Shown here piece after piece: positions 43,970 to 53,570 of a stretch of DNA of 64,000 bases. Position 1 is the first letter of the stretch; every line of letters starts with the position of its first letter. A program made the position numbers and the translations under genes. Source of the stretch: Bacteroidota bacterium (GTDB taxonomy: Bacteria; Bacteroidota; Bacteroidia; AKYH767-A; OLB10); contig JADJMG010000005.1 of the NCBI GenBank assembly GCA_016709725.1, forward strand, positions 387,544-451,543, read 5' to 3'. The notes under the pieces were generated by a model. It worked only from the letters and a program-made list of their open reading frames with translations, searched no databases and had not been told where the DNA came from.

Positions 43970-45583
43970 TTACATTTTTATAATTTTTCTTTTGCTGATT
44001 CCAAAGTGAGTTTGAACTTCTAAAATGTAAGTTGCTACTGGCAAATTTTCTATTGAAATTTCAAATGATTTATCATTAATATCGCCTACTCTAATGGTGT
44101 TTCCATTCAAATCATATAATTGAAAGTTAATCATTGTTTCACTTGATACAATGTTTAAAATTGAACTTAAAGGATTTGGATAACAAAACAAATTTATTGG
44201 AGCATCTAATTCAGTGTTTCCAGTGACACCAGAAACGACAGTAATATTTATAATTACAGAATTTGAATTAAGTCTGTATAGATAAGAAGAATCACAAAAA
44301 GTATCTACACATCCGCTAGCATCAGTTACAGTTTGACAAATGGTATATAATCCAGTAGTGGCATAAGTATGTGTAGGCGTTGGACCTACTGAAGTATTTC
44401 CATCACCCCAATCCCATGAATAACTTAATGGCGCAATTCCTGTAGCCAAATTTCCTACAAAATAATTGTGAGGGATAGTGTCAGCGAAAATAATGTAATT
44501 TGCTGCACAACTAATGTTAATTGTATCGGGGATATATTCTCGCAATGTTGTTGTGGAAAAAGGGGCAATATATCCGGCAACAGCAAAGCAACGATTATTA
44601 ATCGACCAATTTACTCCCGCATAATAATTAGGACCTATAGGTAAAATGGGCGCTCTAAAACGCCAAGAGTTAGTTGACGGATTATATTCATACATATTAT
44701 TAAGGTTTCCGATTGGCCAATTAAGATAAAAAAGATATCCACCACCAATAAAACCTTTCCCAAAAGCAGTAAATGCAACCGCATATGCGCTACCTGAATC
44801 CGGGTAGTTTGCTAGTTGGGTCCACGAATCTAATAAGGAATTATACTTCCAAAAATCTTTATAATTTTCATTATCAAGATGATTAACACCTAACCCGACA
44901 AATGCGTCATTTCCGATCACAAAAGCAGCGAGACCACTTCGAACACTAGAGGGAAAAGCGCTTTTCAAGGACCACGAATCATTTAAAGGATCATATTGCC
45001 AAAGAGAATTTGTATGATCAAAGTTTGAGTCCACTCCACAAACTACATATCCAAAATTACCTACTGAAAAACCTGTAGCTTCATAAAACTTCCCGCCACC
45101 AAAATCCACCTTCTGTACCCATGTATTTAGAGAAGGGTCGTATTCAAAAAAATCATTTTTTGCGTCATAAATACTATCTCTACCACAACCATAATAACCC
45201 TTATTGTTTATTGAAAAACAAAATGCTGAAAATATAGGATAAGGAAGATTCGCCTTTTGCGTCCAAACATTCGCAACGGTATTGTACTCCCAAAAAGCTT
45301 GGTGAGTACCTAATGAATCAGGATCATATCCACCACCGACGTACCCGTTTGTGCCAATAGAAAATCCTATTGCATTTGATCGTGGTGAAGATGGAAGTGA
45401 GTCAAGTATAATCCAATTATTCTGCGCTTTAATTGGAGAAATCTGAAAACAAAATAAAAGAAACAAAATAGCCCGCCATTTTTTTGAATAAAACATATTT
45501 TCAAAGAGAACAACTAGATTTTTCATAAATTGAATTTTTAAATTTAAACTATCAATACAGTATTGAAGTATATTCGATGACAT
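43970..45583 (-). CDS. Kelch/galactose-oxidase-type beta-propeller protein with PKD domain and T9SS C-terminal sorting domain
   Basis: Kelch-like repeats, a PKD block (WDWGDGNTS...HTY) and a T9SS CTD terminus. The start may be the internal Met at about 45526. Confidence 0.7.
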   Translation of the reverse strand: MSSNILQYCIDSLNLKIQFMKNLVVLFENMFYSKKWRAILFLLFCFQISPIKAQNNWIILDSLPSSPRSNAIGFSIGTNGYVGGGYDPDSLGTHQAFWEYNTVANVWTQKANLPYPIFSAFCFSINNKGYYGCGRDSIYDAKNDFFEYDPSLNTWVQKVDFGGGKFYEATGFSVGNFGYVVCGVDSNFDHTNSLWQYDPLNDSWSLKSAFPSSVRSGLAAFVIGNDAFVGLGVNHLDNENYKDFWKYNSLLDSWTQLANYPDSGSAYAVAFTAFGKGFIGGGYLFYLNWPIGNLNNMYEYNPSTNSWRFRAPILPIGPNYYAGVNWSINNRCFAVAGYIAPFSTTTLREYIPDTINISCAANYIIFADTIPHNYFVGNLATGIAPLSYSWDWGDGNTSVGPTPTHTYATTGLYTICQTVTDASGCVDTFCDSSYLYRLNSNSVIINITVVSGVTGNTELDAPINLFCYPNPLSSILNIVSSETMINFQLYDLNGNTIRVGDINDKSFEISIENLPVATYILEVQTHFGISKRKIIKM

Positions 45584-45725
45584 TAAATATCACAATAATA
45601 GTTGCACTAAAGGTATATAAAAAGTAGACAATTTCACTAATTCAATCAGTTTTTAAATAGAAAATTTTTGCAATGCAAAATTAGGTAGTTTTATACTTAA
45701 TTTAGTATTAAACTTCCTGTAATCA

Positions 45726-46259
45726 ATGTCAAACGAAGACCTCCGCTACCCTATCGGCAAATACCTACCTCCAGCAGACTTTACAAAAGAAGTTATGGAA
45801 AACTGGCTTGCCATCATTGCTGCATTGCCCACCCAATTGGAATTGGCTGTAAAAAATCTCAATGATGATCAATTGGACACTCCCTATCGTGATGGTGGTT
45901 GGACTGTTCGACAAGTGGTTCATCACGTTGCCGATAGTCATATGAACGCTTATATTCGTTTTAAACTCGCCTTAACAGAAGAGAATCCAACTATTAAACC
46001 TTATCTTGAAGAACGTTGGGCAGAACTCGCCGATTCAAAATACGGAACCCTTGAAGATACGTTGGTGTTGTTAAAAGTACTACATAGTAAATGGAGTCAT
46101 GTACTGCAAAATATGTCGGATGATGAATGGGATCGTACTTTTTCGCATCCTCAATATAATCGCACAACGAGCTTGAAATTCAATCTCGGACTCTACGCTT
46201 GGCATAGTCAACATCATACGGCGCATATTACGCATTTGCGGAGTCGGAAGGGATGGTAG
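45726..46259 (+). CDS. DinB/YfiT-family metal-dependent hydrolase
   Basis: His triad (VHHVADSHMNAY...WHSQHH). Confidence 0.8.
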   Translation: MSNEDLRYPIGKYLPPADFTKEVMENWLAIIAALPTQLELAVKNLNDDQLDTPYRDGGWTVRQVVHHVADSHMNAYIRFKLALTEENPTIKPYLEERWAELADSKYGTLEDTLVLLKVLHSKWSHVLQNMSDDEWDRTFSHPQYNRTTSLKFNLGLYAWHSQHHTAHITHLRSRKGW

Positions 46260-46470
46260 TTGCGTTGATAGTGTTTGTTGAAGGATATTGTTTTTTGCTT
46301 CGGATGGTTTAAGCTTCTGGCTGCTAGCTTCTGGCTGCTAGCTGCTTGTACAATCTGTTTAGTGCTCTGGTTATTTGTGAAAAACTTGGTATTCTCTTTG
46401 CGCCTTTGCGCCTTCGCGAGAAAATTTTCCTCCGTCTAAAATTAATGCACGAATGAAAACAGATGATAGT

Positions 46471-46822
46471 CAAATTAATGTTCAAGCCTCTCCTCTCGAG
46501 GCGCGACATCTCCATCCTCTCCAGAGGCGAGGATAAAAGAGAAGAGGGAGTAAAAAAAATGAAATAATATTTGGATTAAATCCCATAAATCTAGGAGAGA
46601 ATTTAGCAACGGGAAAACTTTATGACCTTTAAAAGGATGAATTAGTATTCAAAAATTATTCTTTCGATTTGATATTTAGTAATGCCAAATAAAGTTCATA
46701 AAATTCTTCGCAAAGATTTCTTTGATTAATTTCAAATTATATTTACTAATTAATATATCCATTCCCCCCCCTCGCCTCTGGAGAGGGGTCGCGAAGCCTC
46801 GCGAAGGGGGAGAGGCTTGAAC
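46471..46822. mobile_element. MITE-like non-coding element, about 350 bp, with about 50-bp imperfect terminal inverted repeats
   Basis: Left end ttcaagcctctcctctcgaggcgcgacatctccatcctctccagaggcgagg. Right end cctcgcctctggagaggggtcgcgaagcctcgcgaagggggagaggcttgaa. AT-rich interior with no ORF. Confidence 0.45.
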
Positions 46823-46973
46823 TATAGGCTTTCTAAAATCAAATTAAATTCGAATATATCTTTTCTCTTTGCCAATTTCTCTCAGCTAAAGTTGCTCGCA
46901 AAGGCGCAGAGTCGCAAAGGAACACGAGTGTTGTACTAAAATTTAGCGAAGTAAAAACTATTTTAGTCACGTC

Positions 46974-48029
46974 CTACACATAACGTAATCGATGAATCAA
47001 ATAAATTAAAGTAGCGAATAAGAAAAAAGCAAACACTTGATGCAATACACCCAATACAATAGGAACATTGAATAGCAATGTAAAAATTCCAAGTATCACT
47101 TGACTAAAAACCCCAATCAACAAAATAGTAGTAGCCGATTTTTGTGATGAATGCAAGTTGGGTAGTTTGAAAATTTTGAACGCGAACACAAGAGTAAACA
47201 AAGTAACTAGGTAAGCTAATCCACGATGAATAAACTGCATACTTGCCAAATTGTTTATTAGAGAAGAAATTCCATCCTTTTGAAATGAATATCCAATTGC
47301 TTCGGGCAACCAATCATCGTACATTTTAGGCCATGTATTGTAAATGAGTCCGGCCTTTGAACCCGCAACAAAGGCGCCGTAGATAATTTGTAAAGTGAGT
47401 AATCCCAATAAAATTTTAGCTGCCTTTCTGAACTTCGTTACTTCGCTACCGTTACTGGTTTCTCGATCGAAGAGTTGACTGAGCGCCACCCAAAAAATAT
47501 AACCGAACGTAATGAATGCGAAGGTTAGATGTATCGCCAATCGAATATGACTCACCCGAACATTTTGTGTAAGTCCGCTCGACACCATATACCATCCTAA
47601 AAAACCTTGAATGCCCCCAAGAACGAACATGAATAATAATTTAAGCAACAACTCCACTGAAATCGCCTTCTTTATTAAAAAGTAAATCAATCCAAGCAAG
47701 AACACGACTCCAATGAGTCGACCAAATAAGCGATGAATAAACTCCCAGAAATAAATAAACTTAAAATCCGCTAATTCGAAATGGGAATTTTGCTGTTGAT
47801 ATTGTGGAATCTGTTTATACTTTTCAAAAGCTTCCAACCATTGTGCTTCGTTTAACGGTGGAATACTTCCGCTTATCACCTTCCATTCAGTAATCGACAA
47901 TCCCGAACCGGTGAGGCGGGTGATCCCGCCTACTACCACCATGCCGAATACTAAAAAACATCCGGTGAAAAGCCACAGCAACACTTGACTTTTATACTTT
48001 TCTGAATGAATGCTATTTAATACTTCCAC
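46974..48029 (-). CDS. ctaA: heme A synthase (COX15/CtaA family)
   Basis: 8-TM protein with conserved His-containing helices. Confidence 0.85.
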   Translation of the reverse strand: MEVLNSIHSEKYKSQVLLWLFTGCFLVFGMVVVGGITRLTGSGLSITEWKVISGSIPPLNEAQWLEAFEKYKQIPQYQQQNSHFELADFKFIYFWEFIHRLFGRLIGVVFLLGLIYFLIKKAISVELLLKLLFMFVLGGIQGFLGWYMVSSGLTQNVRVSHIRLAIHLTFAFITFGYIFWVALSQLFDRETSNGSEVTKFRKAAKILLGLLTLQIIYGAFVAGSKAGLIYNTWPKMYDDWLPEAIGYSFQKDGISSLINNLASMQFIHRGLAYLVTLFTLVFAFKIFKLPNLHSSQKSATTILLIGVFSQVILGIFTLLFNVPIVLGVLHQVFAFFLFATLIYLIHRLRYV

Positions 48030-48040
48030 AACGTATCAAT

Positions 48041-49318
48041 TTAGGATGCAACAATTTCTTTCATGACCAATTGCGCGGTGGTTCGACTTCGTTGTTCCAA
48101 TAAGATTTCACGCCCTTGCGATAAATTTTCGATGGTAGATGGATAATAATAACGAATGGTGTATAACTGCAACCCTTCATTATATCGAACCCAATAATCC
48201 TTCTTTAACAATTCAATCAACTTAAAAGTTTTGTATTTATCATCATCAAAACAAACTGAGAAGGAGATAGCAGAATTTTGCATCAAATTCATCTTCACTC
48301 CACAGGCTGCAAACGTTGCAAAAATGGAACTTAAGTTATCCTCGGCTATGAATGCGAAATCCTTTGCGGCTAACGAAACTAACACTTGATCACTCTTAAA
48401 AATAAATGAAGGTACTTGCGGCTTTGTTGTTAAATCTTTTCCTACCACGGTTCCTTTCCCTTGTGGTTGCAAAAACGACTTTACGTAGAGCGGAATATTT
48501 TTATTCTCGAGCGGCTTAATGGTTTTCGGATGAATTACCGAAGCGCCATAGTATGCCAATTCAATGGCATCATGATAACTCAATTGCTCCAACTTTTGCG
48601 CATCGTTAAAATATTTTGGATCGGCGTTAAGCACTCCAGGCACATCTTTCCAAATGGTTACCGATTCTCCATCCAACAAATGCGCGAGAATTGCTGCGGT
48701 ATAGTCAGATCCTTCACGACCTAATGTGGTGGTGAAATTTTCGCTGGTCGCACCAATAAATCCTTGTGTTACTACAATGGGATTACGATCATTGATTAAC
48801 GATGGAATAATTTGTTTCACTCGCTTTTCACTTTCCACCCAATCTACTTTTCCTTCACGGTAGGTATTATCGGTATGAATACAATCACGAACATCTAACC
48901 ACTTACTGGCTATTCCTTGTTCATCCAAATAAGATTGTACAATCGTTGTTGAAATTAACTCCCCGACAGAAACAATCTGATCATACACAAAATCAAAAGA
49001 GCGTGGTTCCTCTTCTAATACCCAATCAATCTCTACAAAAAAATTATTTACTTTACCATAAACTGGTGCATTAGAATCAGGAAATAAATTTTCAAGAATC
49101 GTATCGTGATAGGCTCTTACTTCTTGCAAGAACGAAGTGGCTTCGCCCGTCTTATTGCAATAAGCCTTTACTACTTTCTCCAATCCATTTGTAGTTTTTC
49201 CCATGGCAGATATAACGACCACCAAGGGTTCGCCAGGAAAAAGTCGAATAATGGCAGCTACATTTTTTACTGACTCAGCATCCTTTACCGATGCTCCTCC
49301 AAATTTAAATATTTTCAT
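48041..49318 (-). CDS. lysC: aspartate kinase
   Basis: MKIFKFGGASV... amino-acid kinase N-terminus with C-terminal ACT domains. Confidence 0.9.
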   Translation of the reverse strand: MKIFKFGGASVKDAESVKNVAAIIRLFPGEPLVVVISAMGKTTNGLEKVVKAYCNKTGEATSFLQEVRAYHDTILENLFPDSNAPVYGKVNNFFVEIDWVLEEEPRSFDFVYDQIVSVGELISTTIVQSYLDEQGIASKWLDVRDCIHTDNTYREGKVDWVESEKRVKQIIPSLINDRNPIVVTQGFIGATSENFTTTLGREGSDYTAAILAHLLDGESVTIWKDVPGVLNADPKYFNDAQKLEQLSYHDAIELAYYGASVIHPKTIKPLENKNIPLYVKSFLQPQGKGTVVGKDLTTKPQVPSFIFKSDQVLVSLAAKDFAFIAEDNLSSIFATFAACGVKMNLMQNSAISFSVCFDDDKYKTFKLIELLKKDYWVRYNEGLQLYTIRYYYPSTIENLSQGREILLEQRSRTTAQLVMKEIVAS

Positions 49319-49340
49319 TTCTTAATAGCTGATTCAATCA

Positions 49341-49808
49341 TTAAAAATTATTAATCTGTTGTTGGGTCAATTTGCAATTAATCCATTCTCCATCCATATT
49401 CGCATTGTACTTTTTATAAAACTGGATAGCGGGTTCATTCCAATCCAACACTTGCCAATGCAATTGCTTTGCATTTAACCTTTGTGCATCTTTCATTACC
49501 GCATCAAAAAGTTTACTGCCAATTTTCTTTCCACGCATACTTTCCGTCACTACAATATCATCTAAATAAACACCTCGACCTTTCCAGGTAGAATATTTCA
49601 AGTGATAAATAGCGGTTCCAACAATTTTATCATCCACTTCGGCGACAAGGCAAAAAAAGATAGGTTGATCTCCAAATCCATCCACCAACATATCCTCCAC
49701 GGTATTCGTTACTTCGTTAGGAGCTTTCTCATACACCGCCAATTCATAAATAAATCCATGCACGGATGGCATGTCGTCTTTCGTACCTTTGCGAATCGAA
49801 ATATTCAT
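49341..49808 (-). CDS. GNAT family N-acetyltransferase
   Basis: 155 aa. GNAT core RGKKIGSKLF. Confidence 0.75.
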   Translation of the reverse strand: MNISIRKGTKDDMPSVHGFIYELAVYEKAPNEVTNTVEDMLVDGFGDQPIFFCLVAEVDDKIVGTAIYHLKYSTWKGRGVYLDDIVVTESMRGKKIGSKLFDAVMKDAQRLNAKQLHWQVLDWNEPAIQFYKKYNANMDGEWINCKLTQQQINNF

Positions 49809-49854
49809 GGCTGCAAAAGTATATCATTCTAGCCCTTAATCGAACATAAAATGA

Positions 49855-50641
49855 AACTACATTATAGAATTATTGGTGAAGGAAATCCAGTTCTCCTTCT
49901 ACATGGATTATTTGGCATGAGTGATAATTTACAAAGCTTTGGTCGTCAACTTGCTGAAAAAATCACAAGGTGATTATTGTAGACCTTAGAAACCATGGAC
50001 AATCGCCGCACGATTCAGCACATTCTTACCAACTCATGGCAGATGACATCGTGGAATTGCTTCAAGAATTAAACTTGAGTAAAGTAGACATTATTGGGCA
50101 TAGCATGGGCGGAAAAGTAGTATTGAAACTTTTAAACGCGCACGCTGATAAAATAAATAAAGCGGTAGTCATCGATATTGCGCCTTGGTTTTATCCTATA
50201 CATCATCGTGAAATTCTAGATGCATTACTGGCGATCGACTTAACTGTAATCCGAACGCGTAAAGATGCAGAAAGAGCATTAGCGGAAAACATCAAAGACC
50301 AAGGAACCCTCTTCTTCTTACTTAAAAATTTATATTGGGCAGAACCGGATCAATTAGCATGGCGATTTAATTTACAAGTGCTCAATCAACACATTGAATT
50401 GATAGGTGAAGAAACATGGCCTTCAAAAATTATTTCTACTCCCATCCTTTTTGTCAGAGGAGAAAAATCAAATTACATTGATCCGTATCGCATGAATGAA
50501 ATTTTAAAATGGTTTCCGAATGCTGAATTGGCCGAAATTAAAAATTCGGGACATTGGGTACATGCGGAGCAGCCTGCGGCATTGCTGGAGGTGGTGGATG
50601 GGTATATTTCCCAACGTGGGGTTCCACAACGTGGGGTTTAA
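49855..50641 (+). CDS. alpha/beta hydrolase, frameshifted at an A6 run near 49960
   Basis: N-terminal MKLHYRIIGEGNPVLLLHGLFG continues in another frame into VIIVDLRNHGQSPH...GHSMGG. Confidence 0.7.
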
Positions 50642-50658
50642 ACCCCACGTTGTGGGGG
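50611..50658. terminator. perfect 16-bp-arm palindrome between convergent genes (bidirectional terminator)
   Basis: ccacaacgtggggttt|aaaccccacgttgtgg. Confidence 0.6.
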
Positions 50659-50661
50659 AGA

Positions 50662-51243
50662 TTATTTCCATTCCAACGATTTCAATAAATGAATAACATC
50701 TTCTCGCAAATAATTTTGAACGGGCGCCAATGAATCGGCGTTGGGGAGGACGTTGAAATAGATCGCTCCTCTTAAAAAATGATTGACGCTATCAGTCACA
50801 AAAAATTGCGTTGCGGATGCGGCATCTCCACCGAGAGTATAGATCACGCCACTCACTCCTGGTTTAAACTGAATTACTTGTTCATCAATAGAACTTGCTC
50901 GTGCTGTGTGTTTATAAACCAAGGTGTGAGTATCGTCTAAATATTTATCTACATCACCATGCAAGGGTTTGTAGGTTAAATACAGTTGCGCATTTAAGGT
51001 AGGCATGATCAAATAATACCAGCAAGGTTCTGAAAGGGAATTCGTATCCTTAATGGGAATAGCATAATCCGGAATTTCAAATTTATACGGACATCCTTCT
51101 GGATTAAACATTTCATAGGTTCGCTCAGGCAAATCAATTCTAAAAAATCCGCGAGGCTTTGGATGCGTTTCTTCTTCGCCGCAGGAAGAAATTAACACAT
51201 TACTATGAATACGATTAGGATTTTTATTTTCATGGAGATGCAA
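50662..51243 (-). CDS. gldD: putative gliding motility lipoprotein GldD-like protein
   Basis: A 193-aa putative lipoprotein (SSCG lipobox). The mutY-ssb-gldD arrangement is conserved in Flavobacteriia. Assignment is by context and weak sequence memory. Confidence 0.45.
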   Translation of the reverse strand: MHLHENKNPNRIHSNVLISSCGEEETHPKPRGFFRIDLPERTYEMFNPEGCPYKFEIPDYAIPIKDTNSLSEPCWYYLIMPTLNAQLYLTYKPLHGDVDKYLDDTHTLVYKHTARASSIDEQVIQFKPGVSGVIYTLGGDAASATQFFVTDSVNHFLRGAIYFNVLPNADSLAPVQNYLREDVIHLLKSLEWK

Positions 51244-51254
51244 AGATGGGTGAT

Positions 51255-51415
51255 TTTAATTCAGAATTCAGAATTAAGAATTAAGAATTGTGTTCCGATA
51301 GCTATCGGGATGTGAATTGTGAATCGAGTCGCGAGGCTTCGCGATAAGTATTCTGATCGCGAAGCCTCGCGACTGAATTCTGAATTCTGCATTCTGAATT
51401 CTGAATTCTTAAAAC
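51255..51415. repeat. large composite palindromic intergenic element
   Basis: Outer gaattcagaatt/aattctgaattc arms around the inner cgcgaggcttcgcga...tcgcgaagcctcgcg arms, with ccgatagctatcgg in the centre-left. A similar cccgatatctatcggg occurs at 4247-4265. Confidence 0.55.
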
Positions 51416-51821
51416 GGAAGATCTCCGCCTAAATCCGTGTGTGGGGGGGTTGGATCGGTGGTTCCTAGGTCATTCGGACCGTTTTGTGCGTCGCGTTTAC
51501 TTAACATGGTCATATTTTCTGCTATGATTTCAGTCGCATAACGCTTGATACCATCTTTCTCCCAACTACGCGTTCGCAATTTACCTTCAATAAAACCATA
51601 TGCCCTTTTCGCAGGTGTAACTTCTCGGCTGCCTCTGCTAATCCGCGCCATAAAACGATATTATGCCATTCCGTTTGATCCTGACGATTCCCGTCTTTAT
51701 TCTTAAAGTACTCCGTGGTGGCTAATGGAAACTTTGCTACCATAATTCCGCCTTCCATGTGACGAAACTCGGGATCCTTACCTAAATTACCAATCAGAAA
51801 TACTTTGTTTACGCCAGACAT
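51409..51821 (-). CDS. ssb: single-stranded DNA-binding protein, frameshifted (fragments 51522-51821 and 51409-51651)
   Basis: An OB-fold N-terminus ([14 protein letters not shown]...WHNIVLWRG) and a C-terminal acidic tail ending DLPF in the second frame. Confidence 0.85.
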
Positions 51822-51916
51822 AAGAGATAGATTTTAGTTTAACGGGATAAGACTATTCGAGTAATGCTTAGGTCAAAGTTAGCCGTTATTCGATAATAGA
51901 AAAATTCTATTATCGA

Positions 51917-52100
51917 ATTGATGCACCCATGATGCAAAATCGCCCAAAAGGGGATTACGCATGGCAGACACCATTCGATGCAGAAATCGCCCAAAAAGGC
52001 GATTACGCATCAGGGAAGCACGCGATTCGATGCAGAAATCGCCCAAAGGTGATTACGCATCAGGGCAGACCGTTATTCGATGCAGAAATCGTAATAATCG
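51917..52100. repeat. tandem repeat, about 50-52 bp x about 3.5 (attcgatgcagaaatcgcccaaaaaggcgattacgcatcaggg...)
   Basis: Contiguous units without spacers, each holding an imperfect hairpin (aatcgcc/ggcgatt, gatgc/gcatc). Located upstream of ssb and downstream of mutY. Confidence 0.7.
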
Positions 52101-52117
52101 TTTAGCTAATCCTTCTT

Positions 52118-53158
52118 TCAAAGACCTTCTTGCTCAAAATAATTCACAATCAGTTGCGGAAAACCAAAGGTAGAAAGGTCGCTTAATTTCACTCTTAAAA
52201 ACCCATCTTTAGGAGGCAAACATTTTACAATATTTACTTTCCAAAAGCAGGCGTGTAACTCCTGATGCGATAAAATATGCTTTCTTTTGATGGGCTGTTT
52301 GCTCAATATAGGTTGATGGATTTTCGCCATTTCGGGAAGGGCCGGTGGAAAATCTGAGAGTTCAAAAAGCTCAACCATCGGAAGCTCAAACAAGCCTTGC
52401 CAGATATCTTTTTCATTTCTTCGCTTGATGTAGGTGGAGATTCCATCCGTAACCAGAAAATAATGAAAATACCTTTTTTTAGAGGGCAGCTTTTTCCCTT
52501 TCACTGGGTAATCCGACACCTTATTATATAGATAGGCATGGCAAGCCATAGCGAAAGGGCATTCATCACAATTGGGGGAGATGGGCTTACAAACCAAGGA
52601 TCCAATTTCCATCATGGCTTGATTATGTTCAGCGGCATGTTGCGCATCCATCAACTCCAGAGCAAGATCACTAAAGGCTTTTTTTCCTTGAGATGAATCG
52701 ATGGGGATATCCATTCCAAAGAAGCGAGATAAAAAACGGTAGACATTTCCATCCACCACAGGGTGTGGTAAATCGAAGGCAAAACTGGCTATGGCCGAAG
52801 CGGTATAATCACCAATTCCTTTAATCGATCGAAGCTTTTCGAAGTCGGGCGGAAACTCCCCATTAAAATCCCTTAGCACTTGTTTAGCAGCAGCATGAAG
52901 ATTTCGGGCTCTTGAATAATACCCCAATCCTTGCCAAAGCCTCAAAATTTGGTCTTCGGAGGCGGCTGCTAACTGCTTGATGGATGGGAAATTTTCAAGA
53001 AATTTATTGTAGTACGGAAGTCCTTGATTTACACGCGTTTGCTGAAGAATGATTTCCGAAAGCCATATTTTATAGGCTTCTTTTGTAGCTCTCCACGGCA
53101 ATTTTCGACCGTTTTTTCGGTACCATTGCCTCAAATTCTTAGAAAATTCCTGATCCAT
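52118..53158 (-). CDS. mutY: A/G-specific adenine DNA glycosylase
   Basis: HhH-GPD (LSEIILQQTRV), an FeS cluster loop CxxxxxxCxxC and a C-terminal NUDIX-like domain. Confidence 0.9.
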   Translation of the reverse strand: MDQEFSKNLRQWYRKNGRKLPWRATKEAYKIWLSEIILQQTRVNQGLPYYNKFLENFPSIKQLAAASEDQILRLWQGLGYYSRARNLHAAAKQVLRDFNGEFPPDFEKLRSIKGIGDYTASAIASFAFDLPHPVVDGNVYRFLSRFFGMDIPIDSSQGKKAFSDLALELMDAQHAAEHNQAMMEIGSLVCKPISPNCDECPFAMACHAYLYNKVSDYPVKGKKLPSKKRYFHYFLVTDGISTYIKRRNEKDIWQGLFELPMVELFELSDFPPALPEMAKIHQPILSKQPIKRKHILSHQELHACFWKVNIVKCLPPKDGFLRVKLSDLSTFGFPQLIVNYFEQEGL

Positions 53159-53258
53159 ATTAAATAATTAGGGCAAAAATAGGAAGTAATATTTTGTATT
53201 TCAGCAAGAAAGCATATCTTTGCAGCCCCTTAAAAGGAATTTATAATCAATAGTAAAG

Positions 53259-53564
53259 ATGACAAAAGCAGAATTAGTAAACGAGATCTCCACAAAGACT
53301 GGGATCGAAAAGGTAGCAGTTCAGCAAACCGTTGAATCCATGATGAAAGTGGTTCGCAACTCGCTGATCAATAACGAAAACGTTTATTTACGTGGATTCG
53401 GTAGTTTTATCGTGAAGAAGCGTGCAAAGAAAACGGGACGTATTATCACCAAAAACGCTACGATCATTATTCCGGAACATTATATCCCAGCTTTCAAGCC
53501 AGCGAAAACTTTCACTGAGCGTGTGAAATCTGCACATAAGAGTAAAGCCACAACCGCTGAATAA
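53259..53564 (+). CDS. hup: HU family DNA-binding protein
   Basis: MTKAELVNEIS...RGFGSF...PAF, the typical HU/IHF fold sequence. Confidence 0.9.
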   Translation: MTKAELVNEISTKTGIEKVAVQQTVESMMKVVRNSLINNENVYLRGFGSFIVKKRAKKTGRIITKNATIIIPEHYIPAFKPAKTFTERVKSAHKSKATTAE

Positions 53565-53570
53565 TCCTGA

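Noticed and set aside
51917-52100. Possible CRISPR array
   Set aside because: The repeat units are contiguous with no unique spacers, the unit length of about 50 bp is atypical, and no cas genes are nearby. It is a tandem repeat instead.
51961-52173. 70-aa + strand ORF (MADTIRCRNRPKRRL...)
   Set aside because: It is the translation of the tandem repeats, a repeat artefact.
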